Positions 29,720-43,315 of a stretch of 64,000 bases of DNA are shown here, piece by piece (the first letter of the stretch is position 1; every line of letters starts with the position of its first letter). Under the pieces are notes generated by a model, which made no database searches, had not been told where the DNA came from, and worked only from the letters and a program-made list of their open reading frames with translations. This DNA comes from the human T2T-CHM13v2.0 reference genome, Homo sapiens: NCBI RefSeq assembly GCF_009914755.1, contig NC_060932.1; one strand, 5' to 3'. The position numbers were made by a program, and so were the translations under genes.

Positions 29720-31190
29720 TTGTAGTAGATCCTCTGAGAAAGACTAATAGGCACAGATTCCTCTAAGTCTTGTATATTAAACACTCTTTTTCTAAGAGTT
29801 GATATTCTAAGGCATCTTGCCTAGATATAAATCCCTGGGTTCAAACTGTCTTTTACTGAATTTTTAAAAATTGCTGCTCCATTGGTACCTTGCTTTGTAT
29901 GTTGGTTATAAAAAGTCTGCTGCTTGTTTAATTCTTTTGCTTTTGTGAATGATTTGGTCTTTTTATCTAAAGACCTTGAAGATTTTATCTTTATCTTTGA
30001 AATGTAATTGTTTTACTGGGAAATGTCTAGGTAGTTATTATTTCAGGATAACTTCCTCAAGTGTTTGGTAAGTCTTTTCAATGTGTAGTTCTTTTCTATC
30101 TGAAAATTTTTGTTTATAGTTTTAAATATATTTAATGTTTTCACTTTTTTATGACTCCAATCGTATAAATATTATTCATTCTTTGTTGGTTTGTTGGTCT
30201 TCAAATTCCACTACTTTCTTTTTAACAATTTTGCATTGTTATGCCATTTTCATTATTTTGGTTATATTTTTCTTTTTCTGCTTTCTTTTTTTTTTTTCAG
30301 GATAGGTTTACTTAGTTTATTTGTGTAAAATTTTGTGTTTTGATTTTTAAAAATATTTTTCTCTTAACTCTACATTTCTTTTATTCATTTAAGATGTTAA
30401 GTAATTTTACTAAATTCTTATATTAGTAGTATCTTTTACTGCCAGACTAGGATAATTCAAGTACAAAATCAGAGTTAGTTTGCCCATTTATTTGATCATC
30501 TGTTGGTTTGGCTGGTCTGGATAGGTGGTAGGTCTTTCAATCTGATGTACGGTTTTTCTTACCCTTTAGCCACAGAAGACTCTAAAACTTTCCTTTTTTC
30601 TTGTTTCTGTCTTTACCACCCAATTGCCAAAAGACACCTTCTCCTTCCTATTTGTCTTTTCATTTCAAATAAATTATGTATTTAGAATCCTGTCCCTTAT
30701 GTCTTGCTCATAACCTTTAAACTAAAGTTGTGCCATAAGCTGTACACTTGGTCCTTTCCATAGCATCTATGTTTTTAAATGGCACCTTCTCTGAAATCCC
30801 TTCTCTGTGGTCTGCACTCTGACTTGCGAAAATACTATTTTAGTATTTTAAATTTTCAGATATAATAGTTTTAATTTTTCTGGTGGTTGCTCGAACTCTT
30901 CCCAAGGAACCTCCTTTGTCTTCCTTGCAGTTTTGCTCAATTGGCCTTTCCTCAAAGCCTTGCGGAGGTGCAAAGTTGGAGATGACACGTTAGACCAAAA
31001 TGCTGGGGTTTCGACTTTTTTATTTCACTTACACCTTCCAGTTTTGGCATTCTCTGTCATCTAGTAATGCCTAGGGTATAATTTTTTGTAGAATTTTCTT
31101 ACTTGTGAGGTTATTTCATACTATTTGAGAAGGAATTTTGAGGAGGTGAATTATACACCTACCATTGTCTTAAGCAACCTTAAAAGCCCC
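29720..31190 (-). mobile_element. Ancient L1M/HAL1-like ORF1/5' region remnant
   Basis: T-rich antisense ORF1-like sequence (ttgctgctccattg...aagtctgctgcttgtttaattctttt...gaagattttatctttatctttgaaatg). Confidence 0.55.
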
Positions 31191-34100
31191 TTTTGATAAG
31201 TGGACCTTTTATACTGATTCTCACTTGCTCAGAATTGTGTCACAAAATGGAAGCTAATATTTCTGGGTCCAGCAACACTCTTAATATATCATTAGGAATA
31301 TTTTATATATTTCCATAATGTATGATCTAAAGACAAACTGATGGAAGTAATTAACTCAGGTCATACTAGGTTACATTGCTCCATAGAAAATATCCTTCTT
31401 ACTCTCATGTTATCTTACTATACATACGCTAAATTCTAAGGTACTTGTGACCAGTAATATACTATATATTTAAATTTTACAGTATAATATAGTACAGTAC
31501 TGACAGTAGTAAAAGAATAGAAATTAAAATTGATACACTTACCTGAAGAAGGCTTTCATCACAGTAGAGTAAGATAATTGGATATAAGATAAATGGAGTG
31601 AGTCCATGACAGAATACACTTTCTGTGGGCACTTAAACTAAGACAGGAATAGCTATTATTAGGTTTTACAAATAGCTCACTCTAGGTGGAAGGCAGACCA
31701 CTTCAGTGTCTACCTCTGGGAACCAAAAGACCTAAGATATATGAGGCCTATGTTGTCTAAAGATGTTCATGTAGATTCATAGCTCCAAGTATTATGATTG
31801 AAAAGTGGTGCTTCTCCACTAGGGACACCACCAGTAAATATGCAATCCAGATAATTTCACCTCAACCTATATATTTTAACATAACTCCCATTCTATAATC
31901 AATCATCCCTCTATGTTGTATATCTTCCCTTCTATTAAAGTCTTTGTGTATGTATGTGCACATGCATGTGCGGATGAAAGGCTCATAAGCCTGTTCTGAC
32001 TAAAGCATATATGGTTAAGAACATGGAAATATAATCTCATTACATATTTTTATTTGTAATAGGTAAAAATACCCATGTCTATATTGGTCCACTGAAAAGG
32101 CTTTTTAATTATATAGTTTCCTGTCTGAGAAATAAGATAGGGGAGGAGGATGCATTAAAGAGCGCAGCTTCTTTTACACATTGAAAGCATAACATGCATA
32201 TACGTTTTTGTAGACATGTATATAAAAATGTATATTAATTTTTCCCGTATTTGTCATGTTTCTGTTATTGTTACTCTGTGAAACTCTGAAAATATTATTT
32301 TTGGCTGAAAAAGAATTTTTAAAATTATTATTAAAGTCATCAAAGTGGTTTTATTTTAGCATAACCACATTAAAAATTGTTTATTTTTGAAAATGCCCTA
32401 TTTTTATGAAAACATGAATTTAACTTGCTTTAATTGTATTTTATACATACAGGCAAATATAAATCTGTTTACACATACATATATTGATTTTTGCCAATAT
32501 AATTGTATGTCTACCCCCTACACACAAACACATGTATACAGCCATACTATATATACATGCTTAATTCTATTTTATAAACATTAACTTGCTTTTGTACCTA
32601 TGGTAGTTGGTCTTATTATCATTTTTCCAATACAGATAACATTTTCCAACATACAATTTGGTAGGACTGTGTCAACAGGCATTTTTATAATAATAATAAT
32701 ACAAAGTAGAAATGACAGGACACTTTTGTAGACTAATCTCGATACAACCAAAATAGTTGGTGTCACAAAGGTAAAATGCCTTTGTTAATCATGAGCATCA
32801 TCATCCTTTATAAAAAGAATTTAATAATACAGTAATTTATAATATTAATTATATTAAAAGCATATTTTTGTTACTCATTTTAATTTAGTATTTTGTACTC
32901 TTATTTTAGTGTAATGATATATGTTCTTCTAAAGTGGAAAAAACTTAATTAACATAAAAATCCATGACTCTCTGCTTTGGATCACTATTTCCCACTTTAT
33001 ATCACCCCTTGTATTCTACTAAATGTTCCTTTGAAAATAAGGTTAATGTGCTAATATGTTAAAAAAGTACTAAATAATGTAAAATTCCTTTGGAGAGTCA
33101 TGCTGCACATAAATCAGTTATAGCTTCTGTAATAATACTAAACATAGTCAACTTACATGAAATGTCACAATCTTTAAAAGGGCAATTTTATATGCTAATA
33201 TGCAAATTGTGAGTAGGATTTCAATGCATTCAAATATTATTTATTAAAATTATTCACAATATATGTCATAAAAAATTAATGGGAAAGCTTAATTTTTAAA
33301 ATTCAAGTACTCTTGAATTCAATAAACATGACTAAAATTGCCTGTGGGGGGAAAAACATATTCTTTTATCTTGAATAAAATATTTAAACACTTTTTATGT
33401 ATCTTAGGAGCTGAACCTGGGTATGGAAATTTTTAATTCTAAGGAAACTTCTTGTGAAAATTATTATTTGATTAAGAAACGTATTAGGGAAAAGAAAGGA
33501 ATATTTATGTCTAGTGATAAATTTTCTTTTAGTGATGTATTTTGCTTACATAGGAAACATAAAATTAAAACAGTGCTATTATGGAAAAGTCAGAACAAGA
33601 GTTAAATAATGTGAACTTGTCATATGCTTGGCATGAGACCAAGGTCATGACTATTATCAATACATATTGTTGGATTCCTATTACAGGTAGCACAAGTTTA
33701 CTTACTCAGTTTTCTTGGAAAATCTTGAATTGATAACAAGGAAAACTAGCAAAATCAAATAACAAGTTGTCAGATGAAAGAAACATTCCTGATTTCACAT
33801 AGAAGTTTCCAGCATGAGTACAATTCACACAGAGGTTTCTAACTTGAATTTGAGATACAGCATAGTGGAGAATGAGGATGTGCCGAGAAAAGAATATATT
33901 TTAGGAATATGAGTCAAGTGATCAATGACATTTTCATGAAAAAGTTTCAGCAGGCATTAAGAAATTTCAAGACTGTCTAGATAGGCAAAAAATCACTTTT
34001 TTTTTTTTCAGAATAAAATCTATAAGAAAAGTCCAGAAATAAAATGAGTGATAAAGCAAAGTAGTTGACAAACTGTGTAACCAAAACAGTGTAAAGAAGA

Positions 34101-34224
34101 TGTCAGTGAGAGAGATTGGGTGATTTGTAGATCAAAGTGGAACAAGGAATTAAAGAGCAGAGATTGAACAAAGAAAAGGACGAAAAAATGGTATCTATTT
34201 AATGAATGAAAGTGAAAATCAATC

Positions 34225-34522
34225 AGCTGAGTGCAGTGGCTCATGCCTGCAATCCCAGCACTTTTGGAAGGTGAGGCAGATTGCTTGATTCTGGGCATTC
34301 CAGACAAGTGTGGGCAACACAGCCACACCCTGTCTTTACCAAAAAAAAAAAATTGTCAGGCATGGTGGTGTGTGCTTGTAGTCCCAGCTACTCCAGAGGG
34401 TGAGGCAGGAGGATCACTTGAGCTCAGGAGTTTGAGGTTGTAGTGAGCTATAATCGTGCCATTGCACTCCAGCCTGTGTAACAGCATGAGATCTTGTCTT
34501 GAAAAAAATAAAATAAAATAAA
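34225..34522 (+). mobile_element. AluJ
   Basis: Diverged dimeric Alu with J diagnostics (ggaggatcacttgagctcaggagtttgaggttgtagtgagctataatcg). Confidence 0.93.
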
Positions 34523-35323
34523 TTGAGAAAGCGTAGAGCTTTTAGTAGCAATATATGGGCAGATTTAATTCAGAATGCAAGTACAGTCATGCATCATTTA
34601 ACAATGAGAATATGTTCTGAGAAATGGTTAGGTGATTTTGTCATTGTGAGAACATCATGGAGTGAATCTTCACAAACCTAGATGGTAATAGCCTACTGTA
34701 TACCTAGGCTATATGGCCTAGCCTACTGTTCCTAGGTTATAAACCTGTATAGCATGTTACTGTACTCAAATTTAGGCAATGGTAACATAATGGTATTCGT
34801 GCACCTAAACATATCTCAGTGTAGAAAAGGTACAGTAAAAATACAGTATAAAAGATAAAAAAACACCTGTATAGGGAACTTACCATAAATGGAGCTTGCA
34901 TATTCGGAAGTTGTTCTGCGTGAGTCAATGAGTGGCTAGTGAGTGAATGTGAGGTTCTAGGACATTATTGTAAACTACTGCAGACTTTATAAACACCGTA
35001 CATGTAGGCTTCAATAAATTTATTAACAATATTTTTTCTTCAATAATAAAGTAACATTAACTCATTATAACTTTTTTACTGTATAAATTTGATTTTTTAA
35101 GTATTTAAACGTTTTATACTAATAAAAACATTTAGCTTAAATCATACATTGTACAGATGTATGCAAATATCTTCTTTGTTTATATCCTTATTCTATAAGC
35201 TTTTTTAAATTTTAGAGTTTATTTATTCTTTTATTTTTTAAACTTTTTAACGTTTTTTGTTAAAAACTAAGACACTGTATTAGTCCATTTTCACACTGCT
35301 ATAAAGAAATGCCTGAGACTGGG

Positions 35324-37598
35324 TGATATGGTTTGGCTCTGTGTCTCCACCCAAATCTCACCTTGAATTGTAATCCCCATATCACCACATGTCAAGGGTG
35401 GGACCAGGTGGAAATAATTGAATCATGGGGCCTGTTCCCTCGTGCTGTTCTCATGATAGGGAGTGAGTTCTCATGAGGTCTGATGGTTTTGTTAAGGGGC
35501 TTTTCCCTCTTCACTCAGCACTTCTCCTTCTTGCCACCTTGTGAAGAAGGTGCCTTGCTTCTCTCTTGCCTTCTGCCATGATTGTAAGTTTCCTGAGGCC
35601 TCCCAAGCCATGCAGAACTATGAGTCAATTAAACCTTTTTCCTTTAATAAATTACCCAGTCTTGGGTATTTCTTTATTAGCAGTGTGAGAACGGACTAAT
35701 ACAGTACATTGGTATGGGGTAGTGGGGTAATGCTATAAAGGTACCGGAAAATGTGGAAACAACTTTGGAACTGAGTAACAGGCGTAGGTTGGAACAATTT
35801 GGAGGGCTCAGAAGAATATAGGAAGATGTGGGAAAGTTTGGAACTTCCTAGAGACTTTTTGAATGTTTTTGACCAAAATGCTGATAGTGATGTGGACAAT
35901 GAAGTCCAGGCTGAGGTTGTGTCAGATGGAGATGAGAAACATGTTAGGAACTGGAACAAAGGTGACTCTTGCTATGCTTTAGCAAGGAGTCTGGCAACAT
36001 TTTGCCCCTTCCCTAGAGATCTGTGGAACTTTGAACTCAAGAGAGATGATCTGAAATTGGAACTTATATTTAAAAGGGAAACAGATCGTAAAAATTTGGA
36101 AAATTTCCAGCCTGATGATGCAGTAGAAAAGAAAAACCCATTTTCTGGGGAAAAATTCAAGCAGGCTGCAGAAATTTGCATAACTAATGAGGATCCAAAT
36201 GTTAATCACCAAGACAATGGAAAAAATGTCTCCAGGGCATGGCAGAGGTTTTTAGAGCAGCCCCTCCCATCACAGGCCCAGAGGTCTAGGAAAAAACATG
36301 GTTTCCTGGGACAGACCCAGGGCCCCACTGCTGTTTTGTGCAGTCTTGGGACTTGGTGCCATGCGTCCCTAACTGTGGCTAAAAGGGGTCAAGGTACAGT
36401 TCAGGCTGTTGCTTCAGAGAGTGCAAGCCCCAAGCCTAGGTAGCTTACATGTGGTGTTTGGCCTGCAGGTGCACAGAAGTCAAGAATTGAAGTTTGGGAA
36501 CCCCCATCTAGATTCCAGAGGATGTCTGGAAATGCCTGGATGTCCAGGGAGAAGTTTGCTACAGGAGCAGAGCCCTCATGTAGAACCTCTGCTAGGGCAG
36601 TGTGGAAGGGAAATGTGGGGTCAGAATTCCCACAAAGAGTCATCACTGGGGCACTTCCTAGTGGAGCTGTGAGAAGAGGGCTCCATCCTCCAGATTTCAG
36701 AATGGTAGATCCACTGACAGCTTGCACCATGTGCCTGGAAAAGCCACAGACACTTAATGCCAACCCATTAATGCAGCCAGGAGTGGGGTTGTACCCTGCA
36801 AAGCCACAGGGGCAGAGCTTCCCAAGGCTGTGGAGCCCACCTCTTGCATCAGTGTGACCCAGATATGAGACATGAAGTCAAAAGAGATAATTTTGGAACT
36901 TTAAGTTTAAAGACTGCCCTATTGCATTTTGGACTTGCATGGGGCCTGTAGCCCCTTTTGTTTTGGCCAATTTCTCCCATTTTGAGTGGGAGAATTTATC
37001 CAATGCCTGTACCCCCCCTTGTATCTAGGAAGTAACTAACTTTCTTTTGATTTTACAGGCTCATAGGCAGAAGGGACTTGCCTTGTCCCGGATAAGACTT
37101 TGGACTGTGGACTTTTGAGTTAATGCTAAAATGAGTTAAGACTTTGGGGGACTGTTGGGAAGGTACAATTGTTCTTGAAGTGTGAAAAGACATGAGATTT
37201 GGGAGGGGCTAGGGGCAGAATTATATGGTTTGGCACTGTTCTCACCCAAGTCTCACCTTGAATTGTAATCCCCATTATCCCCACATGACAAGGGCAGGAC
37301 CAGGTGGATATAACTGAATCATGGGGTGGTTTTCTTCATGCTGTTCTCATGATTATCAGTGAGTTCTCACAAGATCTGATGTTTTTATAAGGGCCTCTTC
37401 CCCTTTCACTCAGCACTTTTCCTTCCTGCCACCTTGTGAAGAAGATGTCTTGTTTCTCTCTCGCCTTCTACCATGATTGTTAAGTTTTCTGAGGCCTCCC
37501 CAACTATGCAGAGCTGTGAGTCAATTAAACCTCTCTCCTTTATAAATTACCCAGTCTTGGGTATGTCTTTATTACCAGCATGAGACCAGACTAATACA
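35324..37598 (+). mobile_element. Full-structure THE1D-like MaLR: LTR 35324-35703, internal 35704-37220, LTR 37221-37598
   Basis: Two ~380-bp LTRs (tgatatggtttgg...gactaataca), a purine tract before the 3' LTR, and a perfect TSD ctggg (35319-35323 / 37599-37603). Confidence 0.95.
35799..36857 (+). pseudogene. MaLR (THE1-int) internal ORF remnant, frameshifted (214 aa + 111 aa pieces)
   Basis: EGSEEYRKMWESLELPRDFLNVFDQNADSDVDNEVQAEVVSDGDE is the typical THE1/MST internal ORF signature. Confidence 0.8.
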
Positions 37599-37716
37599 CT
37601 GGGTAATACACTTTATTACCAGCATGAGACCAGACTAATACACTGGGTAAATTTATTACCAGCATGAGACCACTAATACACTGGGTAATACACTGGGTAA
37701 CTAATACACTGGGTAA
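37568..37716 (+). repeat. Complex tandem re-duplication of the LTR end/TSD junction
   Basis: tttattaccagcatgagacca(ga)ctaatacactgggtaa x3 plus two shorter tacactgggtaa copies. Confidence 0.95.
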
Positions 37717-40700
37717 AAGAAAAGGGGAAAAAAAAATTCTACATCATACCTTAAGGTTGACAAATCTAAAAAAAAAGAGGTATAATTGACTCATGGTTCC
37801 ACATGGTTGAGGAGGCCTCAGGAAACTTAGAAACGCTGTAGAAGAGGAAGCAGGTACGTCTTACATGGTGGCAGGCAAGAGAGAGCAAGTGTGAAGGAGG
37901 AACTGTCAAACAGTTATGTAACAGTTATATAACCATCAGATCTCATGAGAACTCACTATCATGTGAACAGAATGGGAGAAATCTTTCCCATGATCCAAGC
38001 ACCTCTCTCCCTCAACATGTGGGGATTATGGGTCCCTCCCTTGACACATGATTACAAATCGAGATGAGATTTGGGTGGGTTACAGAGCCAAACCATATCA
38101 GACACAAACACACACATTAGTCTAGAACTACAAGGTTCAGGGTCATTGATATCACTGTCTTCCTTCACCTCCATATCTTCTTCCTCTGGAAGGTCTGAAA
38201 GACTGGAATGTCTTCAGGGGGCAACAAAAAACATGGAGCTGTCACCTCCTAAAATAATTCTTTCTTCTAGAATACCTCCTGAAGGACCTGCCTGATATTG
38301 TTTTATAGTTAATTTATCTGTATACATAGAAGGAGTACAGTCTAAAATAACAATAAACAGCATAGTAGAGTAAATACATAAATTAGTAGCAGTCATTTAT
38401 GATCATTATCAATTATTTCATACTGTACATAATTGTATATGCTATAATTTTGTGCATGACCGGCAGCACAGTAGGTTTGTTTATAGCAGCATCACTACAA
38501 ACACATGAGTAATGCACTGACCTATGACATCATGATGACTGATGTCAACAGGTGATGGGAATTTTTTAGCTCCATTATTATCTTATGAATTTTTTTAGCT
38601 CCATTATTTACCATTGTTGTAAATGCATCCATTGTTGACTAAAACATTGTTATGGGGAGTATGACTGTATTTTAAAAATGAACGAAGGGTAAACTGATGT
38701 TTGGAACTTCTTCACTTTTATATAATTGAAATAGAAGATATAAGATAGCAAGGCCTAGAAAGTTTTTGTTTGTTTGAGTTCAGAATAGTTGTTGGTTTTC
38801 TTCTCTGTTTATTGACATTTTAACCAGCAGGGGGAATTGAAAATGTTTAGGCCAACAAGAACAAATAGTTTAAGAGAAAATTTGGTGCCACCCCCACCTT
38901 CCAATAAATAAAAGATGTAAAAGACAGAAAAAATAAGGCAAGTACAAAACACAGGGAAATACAAGGCTAAATGCCAAAGGGAAAATGGTCAGCTTCTTAG
39001 TAAATCTAGAGGAACAAAGTAGAAAATGAACAAACTTATTAGTAATTTAACAAGGGCATACATTGTTTTTCATTCTTTTCACTGAAATAGGATTGTTTCA
39101 GAATTTAGTTACCCACAGTAAGATTGAGGGTGTGGAGACAATGGGAAATTGCAATATTCCCATTACTTGCGGGAAATTGCCAGTGTTTTTCCTCAAGTGT
39201 TACTTATGCTCTTAAATAATTCACTAATAAATGTAAAGATATATTGGTAGATAATTTGATGGAGTGCCAAAAGAGTCAAAACAAATGATCTAATAAGAGG
39301 AAATAACATCTGCCTTGTTATTTTCCTAAAAATCTCTTCAGTTTCTTTCACCATCAAAATGTGTGTGATAACTAAAGCTACTTAAAATGTAACAATGGAA
39401 GAGCCACCCACCCTTCTGTGTATCTACTAGATGTTCTCAAATCTTCTGAAAACTTGGAAATTGTCTTTAAGTAAATACGTCAGATACCTCCACATTAATT
39501 TCTAAGGTTTCCTGGGGGACTTAACCTTCTCATGTTCACAGTTCACACAAAATTTATTGTAAAATATTACATTATTTCACTTGTCTTCTCACCAAATAGA
39601 GTATAAGAAAGAATGAAGTTTTTCCTAACACAGACCAAAGAGTGACTGAAGATTGGCTGCTAGGTATCATGTTCCTGTGTTCTCTAGTCACTCCTCTTGT
39701 CAGAAACAGATCATCCTGTTCCAGAGCCCTACCGCAGACAGCCACATGTAGATGTACAGACTGTGCCTTGAAAAAGGACACTAAACTGAATGAATGAATG
39801 AATAAAGTGTGAAATTCAGCTCTGAGCTGTGGCCTAGGGTTAATCTCCGACATCAGCTAGTTCCACAAAAGAACCCTTTGGGGTAGTACCAACTGTGCCT
39901 CTTCTGGATTCCATATCCCTTTCAATTCCCTTCTCAATAAAAATCTTTCTTCATTAACTTTCTGTTCTTTCTTAAATAAGCCTTTTCATCTCCTGCTACC
40001 CATTGCACACTCACTGAGTTACAATTATATTATTTTAATATGTGTAGACTTCTATTTAGGCTATATGCAGTGGCTTCAACTTTTCATTTAAGCTCCACAG
40101 TAAAATGATTTTCTAAAAAAACTTTCTTTCCTCAATATGATTTTTGTTTTCCTGCAACTCTTAAATACCCTTTTCCTGCCTCTGGCATTCAATTATTTTG
40201 TGTCCTTGTAAACAGGAAACAATATTAATATTTATGCCTAAATTTTAAAGAACCCCTTTAGGACTATATAATAGTGGAAAAGGTTGAGCTTCCTTACATG
40301 TATTGTCAATGCTATACAACCCTTCTTCTAACTGCTTGTTGACATAGTTATTAACTGTTTTGAAATAAGGAAAAGGCTTAAATAGTAGCAGAAAATAAGC
40401 AAGGGACAATTAATTCCAAGAAAAGGAAAAAGCACACACAGAACAATTTCCCTGAGTATTAGAGAACATCTTGCCCAGGAAAGAACACATATTTCTTTGA
40501 AGATAACTAGAAAGGAATGGACAGTTGACTGATTCAGAACAGCATTAGAGTGAGAATAAAGATCAATTCAACCTGGCCTTTGTCCAAAGGAAACTTTTCT
40601 AATATATGTTAAAGCAGTCCTAAGTAAGATATCTGATTTTCCTGATCGTTTAGAATCATCAGAAATACAATAACAAGGTAAGGAATTATCCATTAGTAAT

Positions 40701-40912
40701 TTAATGAAACTGCATCAGAGCATTGAGAGAACATTTTTGTTTTGCTTATCTACAGCTGTGAGAAGAGTCATAGACTCTGTCTTCTAATAGATGTAAATGC
40801 ATTGGTATCTAACACTAGGTAACGTTATAATTTATTTTAAAAAAATATTGAATCGAGCCAATTTTGCCACATGCTTTTCTATTTCCTAGAGGTGGTATTA
40901 AACCACATTTTT

Positions 40913-41203
40913 GATTGGGCTGGTGCCTCTTGCCTGTAATCCCAGCACTTTGGGAGGCAGAGGCAGAAGGATTGCTTGATACTAGGAGTTCGAGACCTGG
41001 GCAACATAACAAAACTCAGTCTCTACAAAAAATTAAAAAATTAGCCAGGCGTGGTGGTGCACGCCTGTAGTCCCAGCTACTCGAGAGGCTGAGGCAGAAG
41101 GTTGCTTGAGCCCGAGTTCCAGGCAACAATGATTTATCATCACACCTCTGTACTCCAGCCTGGATGACAGAGTGAGACTCTGTCTCTAAAATAAGCAAAT
41201 GAA
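40913..41203 (+). mobile_element. AluJ
   Basis: Dimeric Alu with J features; 12-bp TSD taaaccacattt (40899-40910 / 41204-41215). Confidence 0.95.
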
Positions 41204-43104
41204 TAAACCACATTTCTATACCTAAAAAGAGATTTGCATTTGCTCTAGAAAACTTTTCTGTATACATTTTATTAATAACTATCGCAAAAAAGAGAAGATT
41301 CCACGAATTTATATTAATCATTTCCATGTAGATTATCTTCTCCAAAATAGAATAGACTTATATGTATCAATACATTTAAATTCTGTTTCATTATTTCACA
41401 GAGTTTGCAGTAAACTTATTAAAGAAATAAATTAAATTTTTCCTTCAATTACTATAATACTGCAGAGATAATTATGTTATCTAGTAGTTTAATGTTTTTA
41501 AATCATGAGATAGAATGAGATGCTTACATTGTATAAGAAAATGGAAGTATATCTTTACATCAAATAAAGATAAATGGGAACTCTAATAAAACGATTATCA
41601 TAACCTTGTAGAAACCAACAAGTTGCAAAATAGTTCTCCAAATACTTAGAATATTTTAGGATATCATTCTATAAAAAGCTCAACTTAAACTATTCAATTC
41701 GTACTGTTTCTTTCTTGCAAATGTTGGGTGAAAACCTTAACAGCTTCTGGTTGTTTTCATTATTCCTCTGTACTTCCAGGTGTAATGAAAGATTGAAATC
41801 TAATTGAAAACCAAATCCCGACATCCCAAGCTTATCTCACCTGTGCCCCTAAGTGAATGATTAGAAATGACAGAAACTTGAACCCCTGAGATTCTTCTAA
41901 TATACAAATCTACATACCTTCCAAAATCAGAAATATTTTTCATACTGAGAGGTTATTAACATTTTCCATGGAGTCTTTATTCATAGGGTATACAGGGTTC
42001 CATAATGTAAAAGGAAAATTAAAGAAAGCTGATTATCGTAAGACAGAGTGCATCAGTGAAGAGATTTGAAAATTAAAACCACAGAATGTATCTATCTTCT
42101 GTTTGCACAAAGCACATAGAGATACATCTTTTGTGTTCGAACAGAGGGAAATGTAAATACTAAGCTAGTTATTTATATCACACAGGGCACAACTAAATAT
42201 GCTTTAAATTTTAAGCTTCCAACAGTTCCCTGATACAAATCTAAAGCTGCTGAGACAATAATCTATAACAATCGGCTGACCAACTGATCTTATAATGGTA
42301 AGCCATCAGAATTCAATTTGGCTATTGTAACGCCTGTAATTTAAATAGAACAATGCTGGGATTTTCATAATTTGAATTTACAAGTAAGTGCCAAAAGAAT
42401 CTTTATCATTTACACATTGAGTTTTGGATGATTCTAATTTCTAAAATACAGTTTATTATTATCGTTTTTTCTACTCTCCTACAGTCAGAAATCAATCTTT
42501 AATGGAACTTTGTAAAGATATCCCTTTGTTTAATAAGAAAGCCACATATAATTAATTTTTTCTAAGATCAGAATGGATTGCTAGAAGAAAATTCATAATT
42601 ATTTTGATAGTGGGTTTAAATATCTTGATTTTCATTATCTATATAGATGTGTCTGTCAAATCATTTCTAAAATCAAAGGGCTGGAAAGCCTGTTATGTGC
42701 ACCATCTTACATTTACATTTCTTCTGCCTAAATGGAAATAAAAAGTAGCCTAAAACTCCATAGAAAAATGGGTAGAGATATACATGATGATTATTGGAAG
42801 AACAAAAATATCCAATAAACACATGAAAAATAATAAAACTAATAACTTATAAATTTTATTGTATCATTAATGCCCATCAATTTATCAAATATTTTAAAAA
42901 TGTAATATTTAGTACTAATAATGCTAGACAAGTATCCTTATTCTTACCTGAAAAGCAGTCTATAATAAGTACTATGATAGCCTTAAAATTTGTTGTATCT
43001 ACTTTTACTTAAAATATTAACTTCCAACCCTAATGAAATAATCAGAAGTTTACACACAAATATTTATCCAATATTTAATAATGATAATAATAATGATTAT
43101 GAAG

Positions 43105-43315
43105 ACAGGTAACATTTTATGAACCATTGTCATGCTAACTTATTAATTATTACAACAATCCTAGTAAATATGTACTATTAGTATTCCTATTTTACTTATA
43201 AGAAAAATGAGGACCAGAGGGTTTAAGTAACTTTTACACTTTCACAGTTGTTTAGGAGTGTATTCAGATTAGATACCTAGGAAGTTCTTGGAGACTATGT
43301 GCTGTTACATACTAT
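43105..43315 (-). mobile_element. MIR remnant
   Basis: tactattagtattcctattttacttatagaaaaatgaggaccagagggtttaagtaactt. Confidence 0.65.

Larger units (their letters stand above)
35276..38100 (-). mobile_element. THE1D-like solo LTR (35276-35323 and ~37768-38100), split by a nested provirus
   Basis: tgtattagtccattttcacactgctataaag ... agagccaaaccatatca; perfect 5-bp TSD gacac (35271-35275 / 38101-38105). Confidence 0.92.
34584..38667. mobile_element. Tigger3-type DNA transposon (34584-35275 and 38101-38667) interrupted by nested THE1 elements
   Basis: TIRs ta|cagtcatgcatcatttaac ... gttatggggagtatgactg|ta with TA target sites. The sequence resumes after the gacac TSD. Confidence 0.9.

Noticed and set aside
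37568-37716. CRISPR-like array
   Set aside because: The repeats are copies of the adjacent LTR end and TSD with no unique regular spacers, and the context is primate DNA with no cas genes.
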